A stretch of 64,000 nucleotides of DNA, from positions 102,982,001 through 103,046,000 of the forward strand of contig NC_043001.1 of assembly GCF_006345805.1 (NCBI RefSeq), written 5' to 3'. Below the pieces are notes generated by a model. That model ran no database searches. It was not told the DNA's origin and saw only the letters and a list, made by a program, of their open reading frames with translations. Source of the stretch: Octopus sinensis. Taxonomy: Eukaryota. The translations under genes and the position numbers were made by a program. Positions 51,471-63,907 of this stretch are shown one piece after another. The number at the start of each line of letters is the position of its first letter. The stretch's first letter is position 1.

Positions 51471-53494
51471 AGATATGTGTGTGTATATATGTACATATAT
51501 ATATATATTATATATATATATAAAATAATAATAATAATATAAATAATATATATATGCATATATTTTTCTATAGGCGCAGGAGTGGCTGTGTGGTAAGTAG
51601 CTTGCTAACCAACCACATGGTTGCGGGTTCAGTCCCACTGCGTGGCATCTTGGGCAAGTGTCTTCTGCTATACCCCGGCCGACCAATGCCTTGTGAGTGG
51701 ATTTGGTAGACGGAAACTGAAAGAAGCCTGTCGTATATATGTATATATATATGTGTGTGTGTGTGTGTTTGTCCCCCTAGCATTGCTTGGCAACCGATGC
51801 TGGTGTGTTTACGTCCCCGTCACTTAGCGGTTCGGCAAAAAAGAGACCGATAGAATAAGTACTAAAGGCGGTGCTCCAGCATGGCCGCAGTCAAAATGAC
51901 TGAAACAAGTAAAAGAGTAAAAGAGAGTATACATACATATATGTTAATACCTACATATATATGCATATATACATACATATATGTTAATACCTATATATAT
52001 ATGTATATATACATGCATATATGGGTACAGGACGTCAAAAAAACGAGAACATAAAAAAACAAAAACCTGGAAAATGAACTTTTTTTCAAACAACGAAAGA
52101 AACAAATAGAGAAATGAAGCAGGCAACATAAAGAACAATCCCTTCATCAAAGCCAAAGGATTGGTACTTTGACCAAATCCGAAACCTTGCAGATTGTTGG
52201 CAGAAGGTCGTGAAAAATGATAGTCTTTATTTTGAAGAATAGTTGTTGTTGTTTTTGAATAATTTCTTGTATTAAAGAGCATTATTTCAAGATGGTGCAC
52301 AAACTTTTTCTTCGACCTGATATAATACAGAATCATATCAGATGCTTGTTGCTTTTGATTTTGATGAGAAAATATAACTGTTAAACGATAAATTTTAGAT
52401 AGCACGATTTTTCTTTGTAAATCGAAGATCAACTTTCATAACCTCAGATCCAGTTAAACCTACAGTTTTTTGGAAGTGTAAAAAAAGGATGACATCGGGC
52501 TGTTGCATGGGTCACACTTCTTCTGCCACCAATATAAAGCATCTAAGGCGGCGAGCTGGTGGAAATGTTAGCACGCCGGGCGAAATGCTTAGCAGTATTT
52601 CGTCTGCTGTTACATTCTGAGTTCAAATTCCGCCCAGGTCGACTTTGCCTTTCATCCTTTCGAGGTCGATTAAATAAGTGCCAGTTACGCACTGGGGTCA
52701 ATATAATCGACTTAATCCGTTTGTCTGTCCGTGTTTGTCCCCTCTGTGTTTAGCCCCTTGTGGGTAGTAAAGAAATAGGTATTTCGTCTCTCTTTACGTT
52801 CTGAGTTCAAATTCCGCCGAGGTCAACTTTGCCTTTCATCCTTTTCGGGGTCGATTAAATAAGTACCAGTTACACACTGGGGTCAATATAATCGACTTAA
52901 TCCCTTTGTTCTTGTTTGTCCCCTCTTTGTTTAGCCCCTTGTGGGTAGTAAAGAAATAAATATAAGGCATCTTATTTTGATATTCGGTCTGAATATATAT
53001 TTATATCCCTGGCGACTGTATTTTTCTGCTGCTTGACCTCTTACACTTACCTAATTGACAAAATTAACGACAAGATGGTTGAAATCTTCATAGATACAGC
53101 TCATTAGAAAACGTTAAATTAATCGATCAATTCAACCTGGATACACATATTGCGAACTTAAGATTCTGGATTATTAAATATTCTGTATCATTGGAAAGAC
53201 TTTACATAGACTTTCTAGCAGTTGGGAGCTTTGTCAGTTTACTCGAGATCCCATTAATGTTAACGAATGGTGTTGGAACACAGGCTTATATATATTTAAA
53301 GAGAAATGGTTAGCTTTATGGTTCCATTGCCGAAAGCGACGGAGCCAAGTGATTCGTCGTGTACACAGAGTTGTCTCCCATCCATGCCTGGACTGAAAGT
53401 ATTTCCAGTTTTTAATGTTCTTTGCTTAAAATATTTTTAACAATAAGGCGCTAACATACATAATATGCACCTTGAATTTGGGGCTTTAATTGAT

Positions 53495-53807
53495 GCGAAC
53501 CACTCTAAGGGTGTAATCGGTGCTTCTACCAGCACAGGTGTGCCATTTGCGTGACACCAGTATCTGATTACGAGATAGAAAGAAAGTGGAATGTTAATCA
53601 GTGCCAAACTTAGAGCCGTTATACTTACTTTTGTTTTCCTCGCATTGCAACAAATCCGGGTTGATGACGGTCGGGACATAAGCAGCAGATGTCAGAATGC
53701 CATTTCTCGATTGTGTAACAACGAGATTCACCACTGCACTGATGCAAGGATAAGAAACCAGATTCAAATCGGATTTCTCAATGTTGTTGTTATGTATTAA
53801 CTTCACC
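53495..53807 (-). pseudogene. Inverted duplicate of TM7SF3 exon 4 plus ~135 nt of intron 4 (pseudo-exon in intron 2)
   Basis: 53629-53806 reverse-complements 57244-57421 with 4 substitutions; homology continues through GTAAGT into intron 4 to ~57560; acceptor not copied. Confidence 0.95.
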
Positions 53808-53911
53808 GTAGTTATTTTTGTTGTTGTTGTTGTTTACTTTGTAAAACAGTAAGGTGAGAGGGTTACAAGCACATCACCCTCTACGCACATTTTTCCCATC
53901 CACATCTTTAC

Positions 53912-54325
53912 CATATCATCATCATTGTTCCACCGTGGTCGAGACAATGGAATTTACTAAGTTACGCCAGACTTCACGGTCCATCATAGCATTACGGAGG
54001 TCCTGTTGCTGGATGCCTGTATCCCTGGAGATTACATCAGGGTAGAAGAGTGTGCGCCCTCTGGTATCGCGAGCAGATGGCTTCCAGAAGAGAAGAGTAG
54101 AAATTACTTCGCCTTCAGCTCTACAACAATGTCCAGCAAACTGGATTCTTCTACCTTTCACAAGAGATGTTACAGGTGGTAATTTCCCATATATTTGTAC
54201 TTTGGTTGGATGACGCTTCCACGAGAGATTTTGAGCTCTCATAAGGAGGCGAGTGTAGGTTCCATCCAACCGCCTCTCAAGCTGCTTTGATAACGTCCAG
54301 GTTTCAGAGCCATAAGGGGCCCTAA
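53912..54325 (-). mobile_element. RTE-X/Proto2-like LINE ORF2 C-terminus with (TGA)n tail
   Basis: YGSETWTL...LDGTYTRLL...RRIQFAGHC...MMDREVW. Confidence 0.85.
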
Positions 54326-54849
54326 CAAAATCCAATAATAGTTATAGAACAAATCTATCTAATTACTTGTCTCCTTCTAAAATCAGGCATAATTTAGCAA
54401 TTGATTGACTAACAACACCATTCTTCATCTTGAGTTTACCTGGTAGAATGTGTTTGTTAACTTGACATGGTCGAGGTGAGCTCTGATTGGCTGTATGCAA
54501 ATGAGTTCATTACTGGGGTCCAGAACTCTCGTGCGAAAAGATAACATTTTGCGAGCTGGCAAGCTTTAGTTTTATTGTTGGTGTTGGAGGACATAAACCT
54601 CATCAATGGATGGTCTCAGTTGTGATCTATGCAATTCAGTGGATGCTTCCTCAATGATGACAACCTTTGCAACAACAGTAAAAGGGGGAAAAAATTAAGA
54701 CAAAACAAATTGCTGATTAGTCCAAGTCATCTCTGACTTTGCTAGAAATAGCAGTCATAACTTAAATTGAATTTTACTGTCTTATAAAGAAGATACGTAA
54801 GTACATGTTTTTTCAGATAAGTCACAGACATTCACAATTGTAAGATTGA

Positions 54850-55085
54850 TTCCTGGTGGCCCCTTGTGTCCTTGGGCAAGATACTTTAATTTCATGTTAC
54901 TCCAGTCAGATCCGTTGATAGATATGAGGAGTAGCTGTATGTCAAAGGGCCAGCCTTTGACATCACATTCTGCGTCACACTGAAATCTTCCTGAGAACTA
55001 CATTAAGGATAAGCTTGTCTGTGGAGTACTCAGCCACATGCATGTTAATTTCACAAGCAGGCTGTTTCTTTGATTGGATCAACTT
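54850..55085 (+). mobile_element. Old SINE resembling Deu/Nin-domain SINEs
   Basis: TCCTTGGGCAAG...CAAAGGGCCAGCC...TGAGAACTAC...GTCTGTGGAGT.CTCAGCCAC; recognition from memory. Confidence 0.45.
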
Positions 55086-55134
55086 GAACAATCATTGTCA
55101 TAACCAACAGAGTAGCAATAAAGAAATGCATCTA

Positions 55135-55711
55135 TTGCCAGTTCCACCTGACTGGCCCCTATGCCGGTGGCACATAAAAAGCACCATTCGAGTGTGGTTG
55201 ATGCCAGTACGGCCAGACTAACCCCCGTGCTGGTGGCCCATAAAAAGCACCCACTACACTCTCAGAGTGGTTTGCATTAGGAAGGGCATCCAGCTGTAGA
55301 AACACAGCCAGATAAGATTGGAGCCTGGTGCAGCCTCCTGGCTTGCCAGTCCTCAATCAAATCATCCAACCCATGCCAGCATAGAAAGCAGACGTTAAAC
55401 GATGATGGTGATGATGATGTTGGTATTTGGCTTTTGAAGTCATGTACATGTCTGCCGGTGGCACATAAAAAGCACCCACTACACTCTCGGAGTGGTTGGC
55501 GTTAGGAAGGGCATCCAGCTGTAGAAACTTTGCCAGATCAGATTGTGGTCCTCAGTGTGGTCGATGCCAGTACGGCCAGACTAACCCCCGTGCTGGTGGC
55601 CCATAAAAAGCACCCACTACACTCTCAGAGTGGTTTGCATTAGGAAGGGCATCCAGCTGTCCTCAGTCAAAATCGTCCAACCCATGCCAGCATGGAAAGC
55701 GGACGTTAAAC

Positions 55712-55745
<34 letters not shown>
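55135..55745 (+). mobile_element. Two tandem RTE 3'UTR copies, the second carrying a templated insertion
   Basis: Two (GAT)n tails; 55554-55660 duplicates 55191-55297. Confidence 0.85.
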
Positions 55746-55747
<2 letters not shown>

Positions 55748-55867
55748 ATCAAAGTACTATCAAACTTTGCACATTCTTCTGTAACATCTACCATGTTAAG
55801 CCCCTAAATGACAGCGTGCTAGTTATTGTTAGTTAATCTTATTCTCTCTGTTATATTCTTTCTGCAG

Positions 55868-56151
55868 ATCCCTTACCTGGAGGTTGTAATCAAGAATTCA
55901 ACTTGGAAAACGATGCAAATATCAAAGTGAGATATCCCAAGTTACTGACAAATGTGGACTTCCAGTGGTCAAACGGTGGCTTCTCCCGATTAATGCTGCC
56001 ACCAAGCTGTGAAGATGTAGTAATGCAAACAAGCCTGCATTACCATGTTTTCGTCTATTTTATGAATGAAGTTCAAACAGATGACATGTCTGCCCTGCAA
56101 GCTGTTAAGAAAATGCTTTCGGTTGATGATATTCTCGAAACTGGAAGATAT
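55868..56151 (+). CDS. TM7SF3: TM7SF3 exon 3
   Basis: Acceptor tctgcag; DPLPGGCNQEFNLENDANI...PPSCE resembles the vertebrate TM7SF3 motif DPVPGGCNLEFDLDIDPNI as I recall it; donor GTAAGT; 284 nt, phase 1-0. Confidence 0.93.
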
Positions 56152-56789
56152 GTAAGTAGTTTTTATATTTTATTTCTTTCCAGCAAATTTTATAATTGTT
56201 TGTTACATGCGGTATCCATTATAAGCTATCATTGCTGGAGAAAGATGTAAGATTTCAGATATCAAAATCTATAGAACAAGGGATAAAATGCCTTTTTATA
56301 TTTACTCATGTACTAAGGTACGGGATCAATTCAAAGCATTGGAAAAGAAAAAAATAAGCATAACATTTAACAGAGTAATATAAATGCTCAAATGTTAATG
56401 ACAATTGGTGATTAAAGCAGTCTGAATAAATTATTGATAGAGATATGAAAGGATTGTTTTACAAAGAAAGAAAAAAAAAAGTGGAATAGACAGGACAAGA
56501 TCAGAGAGAAGGGGAGAGAGATGCCACAGAATACGTGACAGAAGAACTCAGGCAAATAAACAATAGCTAATAATAATAATAATAATGGTTTCAAAGTTTG
56601 GCACTAGGCCAGCAATTTTGAGGTGGGGAGGGGATAAGATGATTAAATTCACTCCAGTATTCAGCCGGTACTTATTTTATTGACTCCAAGAGGATGAAAG
56701 GCAAAGTCAACCCCAGTGGGATTTGAACTCAGAATATGATGATGAATGAAATGTGATTAACAATTTTGACAGCTCAATGCCTCCAATAA

Positions 56790-56891
56790 GTAATAATAAG
56801 TAATAATAATAATGATGATAATGATAATGATAATAATAATGATAATGATAATATAATAATAATGATAATAATGATGATAATAATAATAATG

Positions 56892-56930
<39 letters not shown>

Positions 56931-56964
56931 TAATGATAATAATAATAATAATGATATAATAATG

Positions 56965-56996
<32 letters not shown>

Positions 56997-57067
56997 AATA
57001 TAATAATAATAATAATAATAATATGATAATAATAATGATAATAATAATAATAATGATAATAATAATG

Positions 57068-57099
<32 letters not shown>

Positions 57100-57145
57100 A
57101 ATAATAATGATAATAATAATGATAATGATGATAATAATAATAATA
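56790..57145. repeat. (AAT/GAT)n microsatellite ~100 bp upstream of TM7SF3 exon 4; other AAT arrays at 33506-33540, 34630-34735, 35205-35270, 35810-35885, 36330-36380, 61759-61910
   Basis: Direct inspection. Confidence 0.97.
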
Positions 57146-57243
57146 AAGTAAGGATCAAATAAATAATGCATGCATTTATTGGCAAAATGACCCTCCCCAA
57201 ATAAAACAAAGAATTATATCTGTTTTGTTATGTATGATTGCAG

Positions 57244-57421
57244 GTGAAGTTAATACATAACAACAACATTGAGAAATCCGATTTGAATCTGGTTTCTTAT
57301 CCTTGTGTCAGTGCAGTGGTGAATCTCGTTGTTACACAATCGAGTAATGGCATTCTGACATCTGCCGCTTATGTCCCGACCGTCATCAACCCGGATTTGT
57401 TGCAATGCGAGGAAAACAAAA
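57244..57421 (+). CDS. TM7SF3: TM7SF3 exon 4
   Basis: Acceptor tgattgcag, VKLIHNNN...TSAAYVPTV...CEENK (TSAAY[IV]P motif), donor A|GTAAGT; 178 nt, phase 0-1. Confidence 0.9.
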
Positions 57422-58243
57422 GTAAGTACAACAACTCTAAGTTTGGCACTTATTAACATTCCGCCTTCTTTCTATCTCGTAATCAGATACTGGTGTCACG
57501 CAAATGGCACCCATGCTGGTGGCACATAAAAGCACCGATTACACTCTTGGAGTGGTTGGCATTAGGGAGGGCATCCAGCCATAGAAACCATGCTAAATCA
57601 AACAGGAGTCTGGTGCAGCCTTCCAGCTTGCCAGCCCTGGTCAAACTGTCCAACTCATGCCAGCATGGACAATGGACATTAAATGATGATAATGACGTAG
57701 TCAGTCCACCTGTGCATACCTTCCTTCTTGGGACACTTGTGAAGACCTGTTGAGGCAAGTGAAAATCAAACCAAATCAAAATCGATGAACATCAATGGAA
57801 TTTGTATTTTTGTGGTACCAGCACCGGTGGCACATAAGAAAATCATCCGAACGTGGCCATATCCAGTACCGCATCGACTGGCCTCCGTGCTGTGGGCATG
57901 TAACAAACACCATCCGATCATGGCCGTGCCAGCCTCGCCTGGCCTCCGTGCCGGTGGCACGTAAAAAACACCATCCGAGCGTGGCCGTTCGCCAGCCTTG
58001 TCTGGCACCGGTGTCGGTGGCACATAAAAAACACCATCCAAGCATGGCTGTTCGCCAGCCTCGTCTGGCACCTGTGTCGGTGGCACATAAAAAGCACCCA
58101 CTACACTCACGGAGTGGTTGGCATTAGGAAGGGCATCCAGCTGTAGAAACACTGCAAGATCTGACTGGCCTGGTGCAGCCTTCGGGCTTCCCAGACCCCA
58201 GTTGAACCGTCCAACCCATGCTAGCATGGAAAGCGGACGTTAA

Positions 58244-58274
<31 letters not shown>

Positions 58275-59250
58275 ATGATGACGACGGCGGGATCTCTCTT
58301 TTTCTTGCCACCCTTATTGTGTTTCATGTACCCTGCACAAATCACATCACCCAGTCCTTCTTTCTTATTGCTACAATCTTCTGGAGTTCCATCCCACCAT
58401 TTCTTTTCTGGCAACTGTCCAACTGCTGGTAAAGCGAACATCGACAACATCGATCTCAATACTCTGGGAAAACCTACAGACATCATTTGCATTGCCTTTC
58501 CACTCCCATCATTAACAGATTTGTTGTTGTGGACACTTATATCTTGACACACACACATTTTCATGTGTATCTGAGTAGGCAGAAAGGCAAACGGTCAAGA
58601 TAGTGAATACTAGTGAAATAGTTATTAGTTCTTTTATATCTTATTGAAACTGTTATTTAGTGTCTCTGACAAATGACAGCCATCTACCACGAAACAGCTG
58701 TTAGCATGATTGATGACCGTGTTGTATCATCAATTTATATGGGAATGAGACTGTTGTGTGACTGGCTATTGTAGTTCTTAGAATAATGTAAGGTGTGCTG
58801 GTGCCACATAAAAAACCCCCGTGCTGGTGCCACATAAAAAGCTCCTGTGCTGGTGTCACATATAATGCGCTGGTGCTGGTGCCATGTAAAAAGCACCCTG
58901 TCCACTCTGTAAAGTGGTTGGTGTTAGAAAGGGCATTTAGCTGTAGAAACCATGCCAAAACAGACAATTGGAGACTGATGCAGTTCCCAGCCTTAGTAGC
59001 ACCTGTCAAACCACCCCAGCTCATGCCAGCATGGAAAATGGATGTTAATTGATGATGATGATGATGATGTCAGTTGTCAAATATCAAACTGCTTATAATG
59101 TTCCCCAATTCATCATCATCATCATCATTTAACGTCCATTGTCTATGCTGGCATGGGTTGGACAAATTCTCTCCTTTATTTCAGATTTGGTATTTACTCT
59201 TTGAAACAAAAGAAAATATATCTTATTTCTTAATTGTTTTATTATTTCAG

Positions 59251-59337
59251 ATGATGTCTTAACCATTATAATTTCCTGTTTTACCATCCTCCTAGGATTC
59301 CTGTTGTGTTTCTTTGGACACAGGTATTTTAAAACAG
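59251..59337 (+). CDS. TM7SF3: TM7SF3 exon 5 (first TM helix)
   Basis: NDVLTIIISCFTILLGFLLCFFGHRYFKT (CFFGHR motif); canonical AG and GTATGT; phase 1-1. Confidence 0.93.
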
Positions 59338-60750
59338 GTATGTTTTCATTTATTGCCTCTTATTGTTATGCAATATTGTGCTGGTTCCTCATAAAAAGCA
59401 CCTGTGCTGGTGCCATGTGAAAAAAAAAAGACACCCAATACACCCTGTAGGGTGGTTGGCATTGGGAAGGGCATCCAACCATAGAAACCATGCCAAAACA
59501 GACAAATGGAGCCTAGTACAGCTCCTATGAAACCATCCAATCCATACCAACATGAAAAATGGATGATGATGATGACGATGACGACGACGATTGTCATGCA
59601 GTATAAATCACAATAATACGTCCTCTTTTAGAATTAGTTTTTGTATTTATATGCCTAAAAAATACTTATTAAAAAATTTAATTATTTTATGTTTCACAGG
59701 TGAACGCATGTCTAAGCGGTAATAAGTTTGCTTCTTAACCACAGGGTTCTGGGTTCAGTTCCACTACACGGCACATCAAGGAAGTGTCTCCTGTTATAGC
59801 CTCAGGCCACCCAAACTCTTGTGAGCGGATAAAGATGAATGCATATCCTTACTGATGTGCCTTGAATCTGCCTTTTGTAGATCTCTCTAATTCACTGGCA
59901 TGTGTTTATTTCTGGTCTTGTGGCATTAAGCATGTAGGGGACAGCAAATATTTCTCCTGGATAAGATGCCAAGGCTTTTTCACCTACCAAACTGAATTTA
60001 ATCCATACTGAATGTACCATTTGGTTTGGGCTGAATGTGCCATTTGGTTTGGGACATACAACCCATCGCCCTCTCCTGGCTCCCATCTTCTGATTCTTAA
60101 TTCTCACTCCACCAGTTTTCCTTTTTCTTTGTTTCCATGGTGAGGTAGTTAGAAGTTTTTTTTCTTGCTAATTTGATCTTTTATGCTTTTAATGTTTTTT
60201 CCTTTCTTTTCCTCCTGTAAAAATATATTGTTAATAAAATGGGTTTTTTTATTATAAATTTAATAGTAAAAAAAAAATGAAACAAAATAATGATAAAAAA
60301 ACGGACTTAAATATTGGTCTGGATGTAACTGACAATATCCGTTCCACCATACAGCTTGTATTAGAAATAATCATCTTTATTATTATTATTATTATTGCCT
60401 TTGCACAGCTTCTAAAGCTAAAGATGTACTACAGTGTCAGCTGTTTACTACCAGTGAACTAAGGTAACACCTCTTATTTTTCGAGCACCTTCCGGAGTAT
60501 TCGAGTGATTCCAAGTACTTCTCAAGATTTTTACTCACTGTTTCCAGGGCTCCGACAAATATTGATACTACTGCTACCTTTTTCATCAACCACAACCTCT
60601 TAACTTCCCAAGCTAACCAGTCATATCTCTCGACTTTTCTTTCTTCTTATTGCATACCTTGTTGTCAGCTGGGCATGCTATATTTATGATCCATATTATT
60701 ATTATTATTATTGGTAGTAGTATTTATGTTTGTTATTTTGTTATTTTCAG

Positions 60751-60831
60751 AATTGTTTATATTTGGAGCGATTGCTGGTTTCCTTATTGCACACATCACA
60801 GTCAGCGCTCTGTGGACACATTCCTTGACAG
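60751..60831 (+). CDS. TM7SF3: TM7SF3 exon 6
   Basis: ELFIFGAIAGFLIAHITVSALWTHSLT; acceptor ttattttcag, donor GTAAAA; phase 1-1. Confidence 0.88.
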
Positions 60832-60980
60832 GTAAAAAACTGCATATTAATGAAAAATAGTCGTTGCTCCTCCTCACCCTCATCACCCTTCCCCTCCTCT
60901 CCCTCCTCTACCTTCTCCTCCCTTCCTCCTCCTAATGACATATATCTCTGAAATATCTTTGTTATGCCTTGTTTTTCCAG

Positions 60981-61133
60981 TTGTGCTATGTACTGACATC
61001 ATCTCAGCCTTCGTCGCCGGTGTGCTGTGGCTGCTGGTCTGGACCAGTCTTGGAATTCCTGTCATATCCGTGCTTATGGTCAGTCTGGTGGCTGGCTATC
61101 TTGTGAGCTGCATACTTTTCTTCACACCATTTG
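60981..61133 (+). CDS. TM7SF3: TM7SF3 exon 7
   Basis: VVLCTDIISAFVAGVLWLLVW...ILFFTPF (FFTP motif); canonical sites; phase 1-1. Confidence 0.92.
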
Positions 61134-61754
61134 GTAAGTGGATATTTCAAAAAATGTTTTCAACCTTTACATTAAAAAATATTTATTAGTGTTTTCCTCA
61201 GTAGCAGAAATGGTAGAATGACAAAACGATACGATTCCATATTTTGTTACATCATGGCAGTAAGCTGGCAGAATTGTTAAGAGTGCTGGGCAAAATGCTT
61301 AGCAGCAGTTTGTCTGTCTTTATGTTCTGAGTTCAAATTCTGCCACGGTCAGCTTTGCCTTTTGTCCTTTCAGGGTTGATAAAATTAATACCAGATGAAT
61401 ACTGGGGAGGGTCAATGTAATTGACTTACCTCCCTTTCCCCTGAAATTACTGGCTTTCTGTCAAAATTTGAAGCCAGCATTAACTTTGATATTAAGGCAT
61501 TGAGCTGGCAGAATCCTTTTGGACACTTTGCAACAAATATGGACTTGACAGTGCAAAAAAGTGGTACAAACATAAATCCAAAGGCATCATCATTCAGTGC
61601 GACCATAAGATAGAAAATAGGAAGCCATTCTTCTGAGGTTGACTTTGCCTTTCATCCTTTCAGGGTTGATTAAATAAGGATCAGTTATGCACTGGGACTG
61701 ATGTAATTGACTTAATCCCTTCCCCCAAATTTAAGGCTTTGTGCTTCCAGTAGA

Positions 61755-61816
<62 letters not shown>

Positions 61817-61818
61817 TA

Positions 61819-61910
<92 letters not shown>

Positions 61911-61939
61911 CTCATGTTTCCAATGTCTTTTGTCTCCAG

Positions 61940-62037
61940 GTAATTTGAAATACTGGGAAAATGATTTCAACTATGGCATGACTTTCGCTTCTGGAACCAT
62001 GTTGCTTCCTGTTGTATTTTTGGCCTACACAAAATTG
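61940..62037 (+). CDS. TM7SF3: TM7SF3 exon 8
   Basis: GNLKYWENDFNYGMTFASGTMLLPVVFLAYTKL; acceptor tctccag, donor GTAAGT; phase 1-0. Confidence 0.9.
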
Positions 62038-63907
62038 GTAAGTAAAATAAGGAATCACAAATGAGTTGATTGTAAGTATCATGCTTTAGATTCTTTAAAT
62101 ATTTTCATATTTTATCGTTACATATAAATAAATTTTTCATACTTGTAAATAACTAGTTAGGTTCTGTATTTAAACCCTGCCAAGGTAAACTTTGCTCTCA
62201 CTCTTCCAAGGTTGATAATAACCATTTCAGTTCTGAGGTTGATTTAATCAAAGAATCCCTTCCTCCAAAGTTCTAGCCCAAATTCTAAATTCTAATTATC
62301 TTTTATCTCTTACCTGTTTCAGTCGTTGGACTGAGTCCGTCCTGGGGCACTGCCTTAAAGAATTTTTAAGTGAAATGAATCGACACCAGCACTGTTTTTT
62401 AAGTGTGGTACTTGTTTTATTGGTCTCTTTCGTAAGAACCACTAAATTATGGGGATGTAGACGAAAAAACAATGGTGGTTAAGCGGTGGTGGGAGACAAA
62501 CAAAAACACACACACACATATGTATGTATATAAATATATATATATATATATATCAATGGAAATAGGAGTTATGATGCCTGTGCCGGTGGCACATAAAAAG
62601 TACTATCCGAACGTGGCTGATGCCAGCGCTGCCCCGACTGGCCTCTGTGCCGGTAAGACCATCCGAACGTTGCCAGCGCCGCCTTGGCTGGGTCCCGTGC
62701 CGCTGGCACGTTAAAAGCTCGAACTGATTGTGACCGATGCCGGACCCCCCCGGCCCCTTGTGCAGGTGGCACGTAAAAAGCACCCACTCCACTCGCGGAG
62801 TGGTTGGCGTTAGGAAGGGCATCCAGCCGTAGAAACTCTGCCAGATCAGACTGGAGCCTGGAGCGGCCCCTGGCTTCCCAGCACCCACTACACTCTCAGA
62901 GTGGTTTGCATTAGGAAGGGCATCCAGCTGTCCTCAGTCAAAATCGTCCAACCTGTGCTAGCGCGGAAAACGGACGTTAAACGATGATGATGATGATATA
63001 TATATATATATAAACATAATAAATAACAGTAGGGCAATAAGAATTATATAAATAATTTATATAATTCTTATTACCCTAATGTTATTTATTATGTTTAAAT
63101 ATTCTTTGATAAATTTGTTTTAAATTTTACTGGCATTCCCTCTGTCGCCGTATATAATCTGCATCTGCGCAGTGGTTTGAAAAGTTAGGATATACATACA
63201 GCTAGTTTACATGTGGATCTAGTCGTGTGTATATTTGAATTCTAAAGGCTTCCTACTGATGAAAACTAGCCTCAGTAAATATTTTTTTACTAGAATTAGT
63301 TAGAAACCATGGTCTAGGAACTAAATAAGATGGTAAACGTTTTTAATTTTCATTCCTTTCGAGAATTTATCCCTAATTAGTGGTTTGAGTTTTCTACTGC
63401 TCTTTCTAGCACAAGGCTTTCCTATTTGGAAGCCTCTTGATGTGTTTTAATGTACACGATATTTATATATATATATATATAAAGAGAGAGAGAGAGAATA
63501 AAGTGTACGTACGCCGCTATATATTTATATAAAATACAAAATGGGACAAGAACGCAAAACATCCAGACAACTAGGTGATGAAAAAGGGGAGATAATAAAG
63601 TACTTGTGATTCCAAAAGGAAGGTGCACGTGCGTTTGTGTATGTGAGAGTGTGTAAGTATATGTGTGTGGGTAGGGGCTGGTGACTTTGACATGTGGATG
63701 TGTACATGTGTAAGTGTGTGTATCTGTAATGTGTGGGTATGTGGATGCTGGTAAGTGGTGAATGCTAGTGTGTGTGGATTGGTGTAGGTTCGTCTGGTGT
63801 GACGGTGTTGGGGTGTGGGTTTTGGGTGGAGATGTGGGGGTAGGGGTATATATGTGTGTGTGTGTATATATATATTAGTTTTTTGTTTTGCTTCCTTGTT
63901 TTTACAG

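Noticed and set aside
53807-54325. Idea that the adjacent RTE-X LINE co-integrated or transduced the exon 4 copy
   Set aside because: The LINE appears to end at its (TGA)n tail near 53912, about 100 bp away; no shared TSD or tail on the copy was seen. Not excluded, but unsupported.
57830-58140. Regularly spaced GTGCCGGTGGCACRTAAAAA repeats with variable spacers (CRISPR-like look)
   Set aside because: Degenerate sub-repeats of the RTE 3'UTR found throughout the window; spacers resemble each other; eukaryotic context, no cas genes.
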